Positions 9,747 to 20,970 of a stretch of 64,000 bases of DNA are shown in pieces (the first letter of the stretch is position 1; each line of letters begins with the position of its first letter). A program made the translations under genes and the position numbers. The DNA comes from Escherichia coli (lineage in GTDB: Bacteria; Pseudomonadota; Gammaproteobacteria; Enterobacterales; Enterobacteriaceae), in assembly GCF_045037415.1 (NCBI RefSeq), contig NZ_CP173438.1. One strand, given 5' to 3'. Under the pieces are notes generated by a model. It saw only the letters and a program-made list of their open reading frames with translations. It made no database searches and was not told the DNA's origin.

Positions 9747-10424
9747 TTAGTGACGAGCGCGCACCAGCTGATACTTACGCGTCAGATACTCCACCGGGAC
9801 ACTCCAGATGTGTACCAGACGCGAGAACGGGAACAGCAGGAATAACGTCATCCCCAACACCAGGTGCAGACGGAAGATAAACGCCACGCCATCAAGATGT
9901 TGAGAAGCGCCACCGTGGAAGGTCACTACCGACTGCGCCCAGCCAACCAGTTTCATCATCTCGCTACCGTCCATATGCTGAGCAGAGAACGGAATGGTCA
10001 GCAGGCCCAGCGCGCACTGGATAACGAGCAGCGACAGGATCAGGATATCCGCTCCGGTAGTCGTTGCACGCACGCGTGGGCTGAACAGACGGCGTTTCAA
10101 CAACAGCACGCCGCCAATCAGACACAGTACGCCGCTGGCACCACCAGCAAACATCGCCATTTTCTGCTTCACTTCAATCGGCAGCCAGGCTTCATACATC
10201 CAGTGCGGCGTCAGCATACCGAAGAAGTGACCGACAAAAATCCCCAGAATACCGATATGGAACAGGTTCGACGCCAGATTCATCCCTTTGCGATCCAGCA
10301 TCTGGCTGGACGCCGCGCGCCAGGTATACTGCCCGTAGTCATAACGCAGCCAGCTACCAATCAGGAAGACCGCCCCGGCTATGTACGGGTAGATATCAAA
10401 GAAGAACATATTCAGGAATTGCAT
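9747..10424 (-). CDS. narI: Respiratory nitrate reductase 1 gamma subunit
   Basis: 225-aa polytopic [23 protein letters not shown]... at the end of the narGHJI operon. Confidence 0.97.
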   Translation of the reverse strand: MQFLNMFFFDIYPYIAGAVFLIGSWLRYDYGQYTWRAASSQMLDRKGMNLASNLFHIGILGIFVGHFFGMLTPHWMYEAWLPIEVKQKMAMFAGGASGVLCLIGGVLLLKRRLFSPRVRATTTGADILILSLLVIQCALGLLTIPFSAQHMDGSEMMKLVGWAQSVVTFHGGASQHLDGVAFIFRLHLVLGMTLFLLFPFSRLVHIWSVPVEYLTRKYQLVRARH

Positions 10425-11134
10425 TAGTGCTGTCCTCCGGTGGTGATATTCAGATATTGCGGCGCGACGGCACCGGCAAAGCGACGCTGATGAGCAGTGA
10501 TTGCTGAATCACCGCAGCCTTTGTCAGCAAAGAATTTAACCTGCTCTTCTTCCCAGACTGCATCCAGCGCCTGCGGCGTATCGTCGCGCGCTTCGTCGGC
10601 AATTTTTTCCGCCACTTTGTCGCTGTCGATTGCGGTATTCGCCAGTTTCAGCAGCAGATCAAACAGCACGGCATAACGGCTTTCACGCTGTTGCAGACGC
10701 GCACTCAGCAATGCCAGAATCGGCGCAATATCTTTCAAACCCTCCACGGCTTCGCTTTGCGGCAGCTGCGCCAGGTACTCCAGATACAGCGGCAGATGGT
10801 CGGGCAATTCGCGGCTGTTTAACTGCAAGCCGTGCTGCTCGTACTGCGCCAGCAGATCCACCATCGCCTGGCCGCGGTCACGGGATTCACCGTGAACATG
10901 TTCAAATAGCAACAGTGACGTGGCGCGGCCACGGTCGAACAGTTCGCTGTACTGCGCCTGGGCATCGAGCGGATCCATCGTCGTTAAATCGCGCAGGAAA
11001 ATGCCCAGCGCATGGGCATCCTCTTTTGGCAGATTTTTCGACGCGGCAATCGCCTCAAACATCTCTTGTTGATGCTGCCATAAGGCAGCATCCGGATATT
11101 CAAGGAGACGCGATACAATCACGAGTTCGATCAT
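10424..11134 (-). CDS. narJ: Nitrate reductase 1 assembly chaperone
   Basis: 236-aa [22 protein letters not shown]... with start/stop overlaps to narH and narI. Confidence 0.97.
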   Translation of the reverse strand: MIELVIVSRLLEYPDAALWQHQQEMFEAIAASKNLPKEDAHALGIFLRDLTTMDPLDAQAQYSELFDRGRATSLLLFEHVHGESRDRGQAMVDLLAQYEQHGLQLNSRELPDHLPLYLEYLAQLPQSEAVEGLKDIAPILALLSARLQQRESRYAVLFDLLLKLANTAIDSDKVAEKIADEARDDTPQALDAVWEEEQVKFFADKGCGDSAITAHQRRFAGAVAPQYLNITTGGQH

Positions 11135-12669
11135 GGGTGCGGCTCCGTTTTGCTGGTTACGTCGATGGCATCGATACGGCGGCTGTTGAACAGATTGAAT
11201 TTGGTATCTGAACCGTGGCAGCCATCACCAAAGGTAAAGCCGCAGCCATTTTTCTCCGGGAAGGCTTCCCGCGCCAGTTCACGATGACTGCTCGGCACCA
11301 CAAAGCGATCTTCGTAGTTGGCAATAGCCAGATAACGATACATCTCCTGTGCCTGGGCTTCGGTCAGACCGACCTCTTCCAGCGCACGGGTATCGACTTT
11401 ACCGTCAACGGTTTCAGCACGTTTGTAATGACGCATCGCCAGCATACGTTTCAGCGCGCGCAGTACCGGTTTGGTATCACCGGCGGTCAGCAGATTCGCC
11501 AGATACTGTACCGGAATACGCAGGCTTTCGACGTCTGGCAGAATGCCGTTGCTGCCCAGTTCACCCGCGTCTGCCGCAGACTGAATCGGCGACAGAGGCG
11601 GCACGTACCAGACCATCGGCAATGTGCGATATTCCGGATGCAGCGGCAGCGCCAGTTTCCATTCCATCGCCATTTTATAAACTGGCGACTGCTGCGCAGC
11701 CTCAATAACGCTCAGCGGAATACCGTCTTTAATCGCCTGCTCGATGACTTTCGGATCGTTCGGATCGAGGAACACATCCAGCTGACGCTGGTAGAGATCT
11801 TTCTCGTTCTCGGTACTTGCCGCACGTTCAATCGCGTCGGCATCGTACAGCAGCACGCCAAGATAACGGATACGACCGACACAGGTTTCTGAACATATTG
11901 TCGGCTGGCCGGCTTCAATACGCGGATAGCAGAAGATGCACTTCTCAGACTTACCGCTCTTCCAGTTGAAGTAGATTTTTTTGTACGGGCATCCGGTGAT
12001 GCACATACGCCAGCCACGGCATTTATCCTGGTCGATCAGGACGATGCCGTCTTCTTCACGCTTGTAAATCGCACCGCTCGGGCAGGTCGCCACACATGCC
12101 GGGTTCAGACAGTGTTCGCACAGGCGCGGCAAATACATCATGAAGGTGTTTTCGAACTGGCTATACATCGCCTTCTGGATGTTGTCGAAGTTCTTGTCTT
12201 TCGCCAGCTTGTCAAACTCACCGCCCAGGTCATCTTCCCAGTTCGGCCCTTTTTCGATTTTCGCCATCCGTTCGCCGGTAATCAGCGAACGCGGACGGGC
12301 AATCGGCTGTGATTTGCTGCCTTCCGGCGCGGTATGCAGGTTCTGATAATCAAAATCAAACGGCTCGTAATAATCGTCGATCCCCGGCAGATGCGGGTTA
12401 GCGAAGATTTTACCCAGCAGCATGGCACGGTTACCCATGCGCGGCTGCAGTTTGCCGTTGATTTTACGGATCCAGCCGCCTTTGTATTTTTCCTGGTTTT
12501 CCCAGTCAGTCGGGAAGCCCTGGCCCGGCTTGGTTTCCACGTTGTTGAACCACGCGTATTCCACGCCTTCACGGCTGGTCCAGACGTTTTTACAGGTCAC
12601 TGAACAGGTGTGGCAGCCGATGCACTTATCGAGATTCAGCACCATGCCGACTTGTGAACGAATTTTCAT
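11131..12669 (-). CDS. narH: Respiratory nitrate reductase 1 beta (Fe-S) subunit
   Basis: 512 aa with multiple CxxCxxCxxxC ferredoxin clusters (CIGCHTCSVTC, CEHCLNPACVATC). Confidence 0.97.
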   Translation of the reverse strand: MKIRSQVGMVLNLDKCIGCHTCSVTCKNVWTSREGVEYAWFNNVETKPGQGFPTDWENQEKYKGGWIRKINGKLQPRMGNRAMLLGKIFANPHLPGIDDYYEPFDFDYQNLHTAPEGSKSQPIARPRSLITGERMAKIEKGPNWEDDLGGEFDKLAKDKNFDNIQKAMYSQFENTFMMYLPRLCEHCLNPACVATCPSGAIYKREEDGIVLIDQDKCRGWRMCITGCPYKKIYFNWKSGKSEKCIFCYPRIEAGQPTICSETCVGRIRYLGVLLYDADAIERAASTENEKDLYQRQLDVFLDPNDPKVIEQAIKDGIPLSVIEAAQQSPVYKMAMEWKLALPLHPEYRTLPMVWYVPPLSPIQSAADAGELGSNGILPDVESLRIPVQYLANLLTAGDTKPVLRALKRMLAMRHYKRAETVDGKVDTRALEEVGLTEAQAQEMYRYLAIANYEDRFVVPSSHRELAREAFPEKNGCGFTFGDGCHGSDTKFNLFNSRRIDAIDVTSKTEPHP

Positions 12670-15600
12670 TTTACGCTCTCCTGTACCTGGTCATTGCCTT
12701 CGCCATCTAACCAGTCAATGTTCTTCATCTTACGCACTACAACAAACTCATCGCGGTTAGAACCTACGGTGCCGTAGTAGTTAAAGCCATATGCCAGATG
12801 GGCATAGCCGCCGATCATATGCGTCGGTTTCGGCGTGATACGGGTGACCGAGTTATGGATACCACCACGCTGTTGGGTAATTTCCGAACCAGGCAGGTTA
12901 ACGATACGTTCCTGCGCGTGGTACATCATGGTCATCCCTGCCGGAACACGCTGGCTGACAACCGCACGGGCAGTCAGTGCACCGTTGCTGTTGAAGACTT
13001 CAATCCAGTCGTTATCGGCGATACCCAGCTCTTTGGCATCGGCTTCACTCAGCCAGACCACCGGACCACCGCGACCTAAAGTCAGCATCAACAGGTTGTC
13101 GCTGTAGGTGGAGTGGATACCCCACTTCTGGTGTGGCGTCAGGAAGTTGAGCGCTTTTTCCGGGTTGCCATTGGATTTCTGGCCCATCACTTCTTTCACC
13201 GAACGGGTGTCGATCGGCGGACGATAAACCAGCAGGCTTTCACCGAAATCACGCATCCATTGGTGATCCTGATACAGCTGCTGACGGCCAGAGAGCGTAC
13301 GCCACGGGATCAGCTCGTGAACGTTGGTGTAACCGGCGTTGTAAGAAACGTGTTCATCTTCAAGGCCAGACCATGTCGGGCTGGAGATGATTTTGCGCGG
13401 CTGTGCCTGAATATCGCGGAAGCGAATCTTCTCGTCTTCTTTATTCAGCGCCAGATGCGTATGGTCACGGCCGGTAAACTCGCTCAGGGCAGCCCAGGCT
13501 TTTACAGCTACCTGACCGTTGGTTTCCGGTGCCAGCGTCAGGATCATCTCTGCCGCATCAATTGCGGTATTGAGCATCGGCTGACCTTTTGCCGGACCTT
13601 CCGCTTTTGTGTAGTTGAGCTTACGCAGCAGATCCATCTCGCTCTGGGTGTTCCAGGCAATCCCTTTACCGCCGTTACCGATTTTCTCCATCAGCGGGCC
13701 GATAGAGGTAAAGCGTTCGTAAGTTGCCGGATAATCGCGCTCTACGACCATAATGTGCGGTGCGGTTTTACCTGGGATCAGGTCGCATTCGCCTTTTTTC
13801 CAGTCTTTCACATCCAGCGGTTGCGCCAGTTCAGCGGCAGAGTCGTGCTGGATAGGCAGCGTGACGATGTCAGTTTCTTTACCCAGATGACCAACGCACA
13901 CTTCGGAGAATTTCTTCGCGATGGCTTTGTAGATTTCCCAGTCGCTTTTCGCTTCCCAGGCCGGATCGACCGCCGCAGACAGCGGGTGAATAAACGGATG
14001 CATATCCGAAGTATTCATGTCGTCTTTTTCGTACCAGGTCGCCGTCGGCAAAATGATGTCGGAATAGAGACAGGTGCTCGACAGACGGAAGTCCAGCGTC
14101 ACCACCAGATCCAGCTTGCCTTCCAGACCGTTGTCCTGCCAGTCCACTTCTTCCGGCTTCACGCCGCCCTGCTGCCCCAGGTCTTTGCCCTGGATACCGT
14201 GCTCCGTCCCCAGCAGGTACTTGAGCATAAACTCATGACCTTTACCGGAAGAACCGAGCAGGTTAGAACGCCAGATGAACAGGTTACGCGGGTGGTTTTT
14301 ACCGTTTTCCGGCTGTTCCGCAGCGAAACGGATAGAACCCTCTTTCAGGGATTTCACCGTATAGTCCACCGGATTCATCCCGGCTTTTTCTGCTTCGCGA
14401 GCGATAGTCAGCGGGTTAGTGCCTAACTGCGGCGCAGACGGCAGCCAGCCCATGCGTTCTGCACGGACGTTAAAGTCGATCAAGTGTCCGGTATAGCGAG
14501 ATTTATCCGCCATCGGCGACAGCAGTTCTTCCGCAGTCACGGTTTCATAACGCCACTGGCTGGAGTGGTTATAGAAATAAGAGGTACTGTTCATGTGACG
14601 CGCCGGACGCTGCCAGTCGAGGGCAAACGCCAGCGGCTGCCAGCCGGTTTGCGGACGCAGTTTTTCCTGACCTACATAGTGCGCCCAGCCGCCCCCGCTC
14701 TGACCGACACAACCGCAGAAAATCAGCATGTTGATCAGACCACGATAGTTCATGTCCAGGTGATACCAGTGGTTCAGCCCTGCGCCGACGATAATCATCG
14801 AACGACCGTGCGTTTTATCAGCGTTATCGGCAAATTCACGGGCGATGCGAATAATCTGGCTGCGAGAAACGCCGGTAATCTGCTCTGCCCAGGCAGGGGT
14901 GTAAGCTTTCACATCGTCATAGCTGGTTGCACAGTTAACGTCGTTCAGGCCACGTTCCAGACCGTAGTTTGCCAGCGTCAGATCATAAACGGTGGTCACC
15001 AGGGCGGTGCTGCCATCAGCCAGTTGCAGGCGTTTCACCGGCAGCTTATGCAGCAGCACGTTTTCCAGTTCCACTTTGTTGAAGTGTTCCGTGCCATCGC
15101 CACCAAAGTACGGGAAGCCCACCTCAGCGATCTCATCCTGGCTACCCAGCAGGCTCAGTTGCAGCTCGGTTTCTTCGCCAGTTTTGCCGTCGCGCTGCTC
15201 AAGATTCCATTTGCCCTTCTCGCCCCAGCGGAAGCCAATAGAACCGTTCGGCGCAACCATTTCACCATTGGTATTAAAGGCGACAGTTTTCCATTCCGGA
15301 TTGTTTTCCTGGCCCAGTGCATCCACCAGATCAGCAGCGCGCAGCATACGACCCGCAGCGTAGTAACCGTCGCGCTCTTCCAGCATCACCAGCATCGGCA
15401 TGTCGGTGTAGCGGCGCACATAGTCGGTGAAATACTGGCTTGGGTTGTCGAGGTGGAATTCACGCAGCATTACGTGACCCATTGCCAGCGCCATTGCCGC
15501 ATCGGTGCCCTGTTTCGGTGCCAGCCACAGATCGCACAGTTTGGCGATTTCAGCGTAGTCTGGTGTGACGGCAACAGTTTTGGTCCCTTTGTAACGCACT

Positions 15601-16409
15601 TCAGTAAAGAAGTGAGCATCCGGGGTACGCGTCTGCGGCACGTTTGAACCCCAGGCGATGATGTAGCTGGAGTTGTACCAGTCAGCAGATTCCGGTACGT
15701 CAGTTTGCTCACCCCAGGTTTGCGGAGACGCAGGAGGCAGGTCGCAGTACCAGTCGTAGAAGCTTAAGCAAGTACCGCCAATCAGCGAGAGATAGCGCGC
15801 ACCCGATGCGTAAGAAACCATCGACATTGCCGGAATTGGCGAGAAGCCAGCGACACGGTCCGGGCCGTAATTTTTGATGGTGTAAACGTTAGATGCGGCG
15901 ATCAGTTCGTTCACTTCCTGCCAGGAAGAACGAACAAAACCACCGCGTCCACGCGCCTGCTTAAAGCTTTTCGCTTTATCGGCGTCTTCAATGATAGAAG
16001 CCCATGCCTCAACCGGATCGCTATGCAGCGCCTTCGCTTCACGCCACATTTTCATCAGGCGTTTGCGCATCATCGGGTATTTCAGGCGGTTAGCGCTGTA
16101 AAGATACCAGGAGTAGCTGGCACCGCGCGGGCAGCCGCGAGGTTCATGGTTTGGCAGGTCCGGGCGAGTACGCGGATAGTCAGTCTGCTGGGTTTCCCAG
16201 GTGACCAGACCGTTTTTGACGTAGATTTTCCAGCTGCAGGAGCCGGTGCAGTTTACCCCGTGGGTAGAGCGGACGATTTTGTCATGCTGCCAACGCTGGC
16301 GATATCCATCCTCCCAGTCACGGTTGGTATTGAGAAGCTGGCCATGCCCATCGGCAAAGGTTTCACCCTTCTGTTTGAAGTAGCGAAACCGGTCCAGGAA
16401 TTTACTCAT
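12666..16409 (-). CDS. narG: Respiratory nitrate reductase 1 alpha (molybdopterin) subunit
   Basis: 1247-aa ORF MSKFLDRFRYFKQKGETFADGHGQ... recognised as NarG. Confidence 0.98.
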   Translation of the reverse strand: MSKFLDRFRYFKQKGETFADGHGQLLNTNRDWEDGYRQRWQHDKIVRSTHGVNCTGSCSWKIYVKNGLVTWETQQTDYPRTRPDLPNHEPRGCPRGASYSWYLYSANRLKYPMMRKRLMKMWREAKALHSDPVEAWASIIEDADKAKSFKQARGRGGFVRSSWQEVNELIAASNVYTIKNYGPDRVAGFSPIPAMSMVSYASGARYLSLIGGTCLSFYDWYCDLPPASPQTWGEQTDVPESADWYNSSYIIAWGSNVPQTRTPDAHFFTEVRYKGTKTVAVTPDYAEIAKLCDLWLAPKQGTDAAMALAMGHVMLREFHLDNPSQYFTDYVRRYTDMPMLVMLEERDGYYAAGRMLRAADLVDALGQENNPEWKTVAFNTNGEMVAPNGSIGFRWGEKGKWNLEQRDGKTGEETELQLSLLGSQDEIAEVGFPYFGGDGTEHFNKVELENVLLHKLPVKRLQLADGSTALVTTVYDLTLANYGLERGLNDVNCATSYDDVKAYTPAWAEQITGVSRSQIIRIAREFADNADKTHGRSMIIVGAGLNHWYHLDMNYRGLINMLIFCGCVGQSGGGWAHYVGQEKLRPQTGWQPLAFALDWQRPARHMNSTSYFYNHSSQWRYETVTAEELLSPMADKSRYTGHLIDFNVRAERMGWLPSAPQLGTNPLTIAREAEKAGMNPVDYTVKSLKEGSIRFAAEQPENGKNHPRNLFIWRSNLLGSSGKGHEFMLKYLLGTEHGIQGKDLGQQGGVKPEEVDWQDNGLEGKLDLVVTLDFRLSSTCLYSDIILPTATWYEKDDMNTSDMHPFIHPLSAAVDPAWEAKSDWEIYKAIAKKFSEVCVGHLGKETDIVTLPIQHDSAAELAQPLDVKDWKKGECDLIPGKTAPHIMVVERDYPATYERFTSIGPLMEKIGNGGKGIAWNTQSEMDLLRKLNYTKAEGPAKGQPMLNTAIDAAEMILTLAPETNGQVAVKAWAALSEFTGRDHTHLALNKEDEKIRFRDIQAQPRKIISSPTWSGLEDEHVSYNAGYTNVHELIPWRTLSGRQQLYQDHQWMRDFGESLLVYRPPIDTRSVKEVMGQKSNGNPEKALNFLTPHQKWGIHSTYSDNLLMLTLGRGGPVVWLSEADAKELGIADNDWIEVFNSNGALTARAVVSQRVPAGMTMMYHAQERIVNLPGSEITQQRGGIHNSVTRITPKPTHMIGGYAHLAYGFNYYGTVGSNRDEFVVVRKMKNIDWLDGEGNDQVQESVK

Positions 16410-16500
16410 CGGTTTTCTCCTGTGGGAGCCTGTCGGCCCTCTGATAAATCGACATTGCTAATGTTTAAGGGCAAGGTAACGCTCTGAAACAGCGTGGGAA

Positions 16501-16514
16501 TTGATAACGATCAA
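16501..16514 (-). promoter_or_regulatory. FNR box of the narG promoter
   Basis: TTGATAACGATCAA is a perfect TTGAT-N4-ATCAA palindrome about 90 bp upstream of the narG ATG. Confidence 0.8.
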
Positions 16515-16647
16515 GAGTGATGGGGATGAAAAATAAAGTAAATTCCTGGAATACCCCTTTAGGATAATTAACATTTATAGCATAACAGACTGTAAATTAA
16601 GACGTTTTACACCTGTGGTTATTTAAACCATTAAGATTTTTATGCAG

Positions 16648-16677
16648 ATGGGTATTAAGGAGTATTCCCCATGGGTA
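16648..16677 (-). promoter_or_regulatory. Cluster of NarL heptamers (TACYYMT) in the narG upstream region
   Basis: The reverse strand reads TACCCAT (16671-16677), TACTCCT (16658-16664) and TACCCAT (16648-16654). Their position fits the distal NarL site region of narG. Confidence 0.6.
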
Positions 16678-16801
16678 ACATATTAATGACTCTTAATGAA
16701 ATCCAGCGAAATAAGCCATACAACATTAGTATGTTGTAACTAAATGACGCATAAAAAAAGCGCGACATCATGCCGCGCAAAGGATAATCAAATATTACGA
16801 T

Positions 16802-18193
16802 TTATTTTTTAGAATGCCGACCATATACCGCCCAGGTAATCACCACGCAGGCGATATAGAAAATCAAAAATACTTTCATTGCGCCGACTGGCGAACCCGT
16901 TAATGCCAGCGAGCTACCAAACGCTTTCGGGATAAAGAAGCCACCAATCGCGCCAATCGCAGAGATGAAACCCAGCGCCGCCGCCGTGTCGGTTGCCGCT
17001 TCACGCATCGCACGTTCGTCAGAACCCCCTTCTGCTTTCACGCGATCCATTGTCAGTTTACGGAAGATCACGGAAATCATCTGGAAAGTGGAACCACTAC
17101 CCAGCCCAGCGGTCAGGAACAGCGCAAGGAAGACTGCGAAGAACGCCATGAAGCTTCCGCCCTGTCCGTCAGTCGGTAAGGTCAGGAACAGCAGGCCGCT
17201 GAAAATCGCCATCAGGATAAAGTTCACCAGCGTGACACGAGTTCCGCCCAGACGGTCAGATAATGCACCACCTGCAGAACGCGCCAGCGCACCAATAAAC
17301 GGCCCGAAGAAAGCGTATTGCAGAATCTGAACATCCGGGAACTGCGTTTTTGACAGCATCGCAAAGCCCGCGGAGAAGCCGATGAAGGAGCCGAAGGTTG
17401 CCAGATACAGAAGGCTCATAATCCACAGATGACCCCGTTTGAGTACCGGCAACTGCTCCTTGATGGAGGCTTTCGAGGTAGCAAGATCGTTCATGCCAAA
17501 CCACGCCGCAATGGTGAAGATGGCAAGGAACGGCACCCATATCCAGGACGCATTCGCCAGATACAGCTCAGTCCCATCCGGCTGTTTGACGCCCTGGCTA
17601 CCAAATACTGCGAAAATCGACAGTGATACCACCAGCGGAGCAACCAACTGCATGACGCTGACGCCCATGTTGCCCAGACCACCATTCAGACCCAGCGCGC
17701 CACCCTGCTTCTGTTTCGGAAAGAAGAAGCTGATGTTTGCCATACTGGATGCGAAGTTCGCGCCAGCAAAGCCGCACAGCAGAGAAATGATGATGAAGAC
17801 GCTATAAGGCGTGGAGGTATCCTGCACGGCAAAACCCAGCCAGACGCAAGGAATAATCAGAATACCGGTGCTGAACGCCGTCCAGCGACGACCACCAAAG
17901 ATAGGAACCATAAAGGAGTATGGAACACGTAATAACGCGCCAGAAACCGAAGGCAGCGCAGTCAACATAAATAGCTGATCGGTCGTAAAATTAAAACCGA
18001 CTTTCGGTAAGTTCACCGCAACAGCGCTGAACAACATCCATACGCAAAACGCCAGCAACAGACAGGGAACGGAAATCCACAGGTTGCGGCTGGCAATACG
18101 TTGACCGCGTTGTTGCCAGAACGCAGGATCTTCCGGTCGCCAATCTGTAATGACAGCTCCAGTAGCCCTTTCGGGGGCGGATGAGTGACTCAT
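16802..18193 (-). CDS. narK: Nitrate/nitrite antiporter (MFS)
   Basis: The ORF track gives 465 aa. The second Met (MSHSSAPERATG...) gives the 463-aa K-12 form. Confidence 0.96.
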   Translation of the reverse strand: MSHSSAPERATGAVITDWRPEDPAFWQQRGQRIASRNLWISVPCLLLAFCVWMLFSAVAVNLPKVGFNFTTDQLFMLTALPSVSGALLRVPYSFMVPIFGGRRWTAFSTGILIIPCVWLGFAVQDTSTPYSVFIIISLLCGFAGANFASSMANISFFFPKQKQGGALGLNGGLGNMGVSVMQLVAPLVVSLSIFAVFGSQGVKQPDGTELYLANASWIWVPFLAIFTIAAWFGMNDLATSKASIKEQLPVLKRGHLWIMSLLYLATFGSFIGFSAGFAMLSKTQFPDVQILQYAFFGPFIGALARSAGGALSDRLGGTRVTLVNFILMAIFSGLLFLTLPTDGQGGSFMAFFAVFLALFLTAGLGSGSTFQMISVIFRKLTMDRVKAEGGSDERAMREAATDTAAALGFISAIGAIGGFFIPKAFGSSLALTGSPVGAMKVFLIFYIACVVITWAVYGRHSKK

Positions 18194-18252
18194 AGACACC
18201 TCTGATACTCGTTTCGATGTCTGCCACCTTAGTGTCTGTAGCTAAAGGCAAT

Positions 18253-18266
18253 TTGATGTAAATCAA
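18253..18266 (-). promoter_or_regulatory. FNR box 1 of the narK promoter
   Basis: TTGATGTAAATCAA is a perfect FNR consensus. Confidence 0.75.
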
Positions 18267-18290
18267 ACGATAAGATAACTTTATCTATCA

Positions 18291-18304
18291 TTGATATTTA
18301 TCAT
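18291..18304 (-). promoter_or_regulatory. FNR box 2 of the narK promoter
   Basis: TTGATATTTATCAT matches 9 of 10 consensus positions. Its centre is 38 bp from box 1, as expected for -41.5/-79.5 sites. Confidence 0.6.
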
Positions 18305-18531
18305 TATCCATAGTGAGTACAGTGATTTCATAAAAATTATGAGATTTTTCACGGTACTGTAAAATCCCTACCCTTACCGATGTAAAGCGACTAACCACAC
18401 GGCAAATAAGGAGTAACTCTTTCCGGGTATGGGTATACTTCAGCCAATAGCCGAGAATACTGCCATTCCAGAATGTATCGTCACATTCATTAAGGTTATT
18501 GCTCATTTAAAGCCTGAAGGAAGAGGTTTAC

Positions 18532-20328
18532 ATGCTTAAACGTTGTCTCTCTCCGCTCACCCTGGTTAATCAGGTTGCGCTTATTGTGTTGCTTTCTACT
18601 GCTATTGGACTGGCAGGGATGGCGGTTTCTGGCTGGCTGGTGCAAGGCGTTCAGGGCAGCGCCCATGCGATCAACAAAGCGGGATCGCTGCGCATGCAAA
18701 GTTACCGTCTGTTGGCAGCAGTGCCATTAAGCGAGAAAGACAAGCCCTTAATTAAAGAGATGGAACAAACAGCATTTAGCGCCGAGTTGACTCGAGCAGC
18801 AGAACGAGACGGGCAACTGGCGCAATTACAGGGTTTACAAGATTACTGGCGTAATGAACTGATCCCTGCACTGATACGTGCACAAAACCGCGAAACGGTG
18901 TCAGCGGATGTCAGCCAGTTTGTTGCCGGGCTTGATCAGCTGGTATCTGGTTTTGATCGCACCACGGAAATGCGCATTGAGACAGTGGTGCTGGTCCATC
19001 GGGTAATGGCGGTATTTATGGCACTTTTACTGGTATTCACTATTATCTGGTTGCGGGCGAGATTGCTACAACCGTGGCGGCAACTGCTGGCAATGGCGAG
19101 TGCCGTCAGCCATCGCGATTTTACCCAACGCGCAAACATCAGCGGGCGCAACGAAATGGCGATGCTTGGAACTGCGTTGAACAATATGTCTGCAGAACTG
19201 GCGGAAAGTTATGCCGTACTTGAGCAGCGGGTTCAGGAGAAAACCGCTGGGCTGGAGCATAAAAATCAGATCCTCTCTTTTTTATGGCAGGCTAACCGCC
19301 GTTTGCATTCCCGCGCCCCGCTGTGTGAACGCCTGTCACCTGTACTCAACGGCTTACAGAATTTAACCCTGCTACGTGATATCGAACTGCGGGTGTATGA
19401 CACTGATGATGAAGAGAATCATCAGGAGTTTACCTGCCAGTCAGATATGACTTGTGATGATAAAGGCTGCCAGCTCTGCCCGCGCGGCGTATTACCCGTT
19501 GGCGATCGCGGCACAACCCTGAAGTGGCGGCTGGCTGACACTCATACGCAGTACGGTATTTTGCTGGCGACCCTGCCGCAGGGGCGTCATCTTAGCCATG
19601 ATCAACAACAACTGGTGGATACCCTGGTTGAACAACTCACCGCCACGCTGGCGCTGGATCGCCATCAGGAACGTCAGCAACAGTTGATCGTGATGGAAGA
19701 GCGTGCCACCATTGCGCGCGAACTGCATGATTCTATTGCCCAATCTCTCTCTTGCATGAAGATGCAGGTGAGTTGCTTACAGATGCAGGGCGATGCGCTG
19801 CCAGAAAGCAGCCGCGAACTGTTAAGTCAGATCCGTAACGAACTGAATGCATCCTGGGTGCAGTTGCGTGAATTGCTCACCACATTCCGTTTGCAGCTCA
19901 CCGAGCCTGGATTACGTCCGGCGCTGGAGGCGAGTTGCGAAGAGTACAGCGCCAAATTTGGCTTCCCGGTGAAGCTGGATTATCAATTGCCGCCTCGTCT
20001 GGTGCCTTCGCATCAGGCAATCCACTTGTTGCAAATTGCCCGTGAGGCATTAAGTAACGCCCTCAAACATTCGCAAGCGAGTGAGGTCGTGGTGACGGTG
20101 GCGCAAAACGATAATCAGGTCAAACTGACCGTCCAGGATAACGGCTGCGGCGTGCCTGAAAATGCCATCCGCAGCAATCACTACGGCATGATAATAATGC
20201 GCGACCGTGCGCAAAGTTTACGAGGCGATTGCCGCGTCCGCCGTCGTGAATCAGGTGGCACCGAAGTGGTGGTCACCTTTATTCCCGAAAAAACTTTCAC
20301 AGACGTCCAAGGAGATACCCATGAGTAA
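18532..20328 (+). CDS. narX: Nitrate/nitrite sensor histidine kinase
   Basis: 598 aa. The H-box is [15 protein letters not shown]. Two N-terminal TM segments are present. The gene overlaps the narL start. Confidence 0.97.
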   Translation: MLKRCLSPLTLVNQVALIVLLSTAIGLAGMAVSGWLVQGVQGSAHAINKAGSLRMQSYRLLAAVPLSEKDKPLIKEMEQTAFSAELTRAAERDGQLAQLQGLQDYWRNELIPALIRAQNRETVSADVSQFVAGLDQLVSGFDRTTEMRIETVVLVHRVMAVFMALLLVFTIIWLRARLLQPWRQLLAMASAVSHRDFTQRANISGRNEMAMLGTALNNMSAELAESYAVLEQRVQEKTAGLEHKNQILSFLWQANRRLHSRAPLCERLSPVLNGLQNLTLLRDIELRVYDTDDEENHQEFTCQSDMTCDDKGCQLCPRGVLPVGDRGTTLKWRLADTHTQYGILLATLPQGRHLSHDQQQLVDTLVEQLTATLALDRHQERQQQLIVMEERATIARELHDSIAQSLSCMKMQVSCLQMQGDALPESSRELLSQIRNELNASWVQLRELLTTFRLQLTEPGLRPALEASCEEYSAKFGFPVKLDYQLPPRLVPSHQAIHLLQIAREALSNALKHSQASEVVVTVAQNDNQVKLTVQDNGCGVPENAIRSNHYGMIIMRDRAQSLRGDCRVRRRESGGTEVVVTFIPEKTFTDVQGDTHE

Positions 20329-20970
20329 TCAGGAACCGGCTACTATCCTGCTGATCGACGATCACCCGATGTTGCGAACTGGCGTAAAACAGCTTATCAG
20401 TATGGCACCAGATATCACTGTGGTTGGCGAAGCGAGTAATGGCGAACAGGGTATTGAACTGGCGGAGTTCTTGATCCCGATCTGATCCTGTTAGATCTCA
20501 ATATGCCCGGCATGAACGGTCTGGAAACGCTGGATAAACTGCGCGAAAAGTCCCTCTCCGGGCGCATTGTGGTATTCAGCGTCTCTAACCATGAAGAAGA
20601 TGTGGTCACCGCACTGAAACGCGGCGCGGATGGCTATCTGTTAAAAGATATGGAACCGGAAGATCTGCTGAAAGCGTTACATCAGGCAGCTGCTGGCGAA
20701 ATGGTATTAAGCGAAGCATTAACGCCTGTTCTGGCCGCCAGCTTGCGCGCTAACCGTGCCACTACTGAGCGCGATGTTAACCAGTTAACCCCACGCGAGC
20801 GCGATATTCTCAAGCTGATTGCCCAGGGTTTGCCGAACAAGATGATTGCCCGCCGCCTGGACATCACCGAAAGCACAGTAAAAGTTCACGTCAAGCACAT
20901 GCTGAAGAAAATGAAGCTAAAGTCTCGCGTGGAAGCTGCGGTATGGGTGCATCAGGAGCGCATTTTCTGA
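20321..20970 (+). pseudogene. narL: Nitrate/nitrite response regulator NarL, disrupted by a 1-nt deletion (or a sequence error)
   Basis: From ATG 20321 the frame reads ...[11 protein letters not shown]. The next frame continues [21 protein letters not shown]... to the normal C-terminus. The Ser codon of ELAESLDPD is reduced to TT at 20468-20469, and a premature TGA falls at 20483-20485. Confidence 0.85.

Noticed and set aside
13113-15647. Long plus-strand ORFs (437 aa and 387 aa) inside narG
   Set aside because: They lie antisense to the unmistakable narG coding sequence. Their translations are low-complexity and Arg/His/Val-rich, with no motifs. These are typical shadow ORFs of a GC-rich, codon-biased gene.
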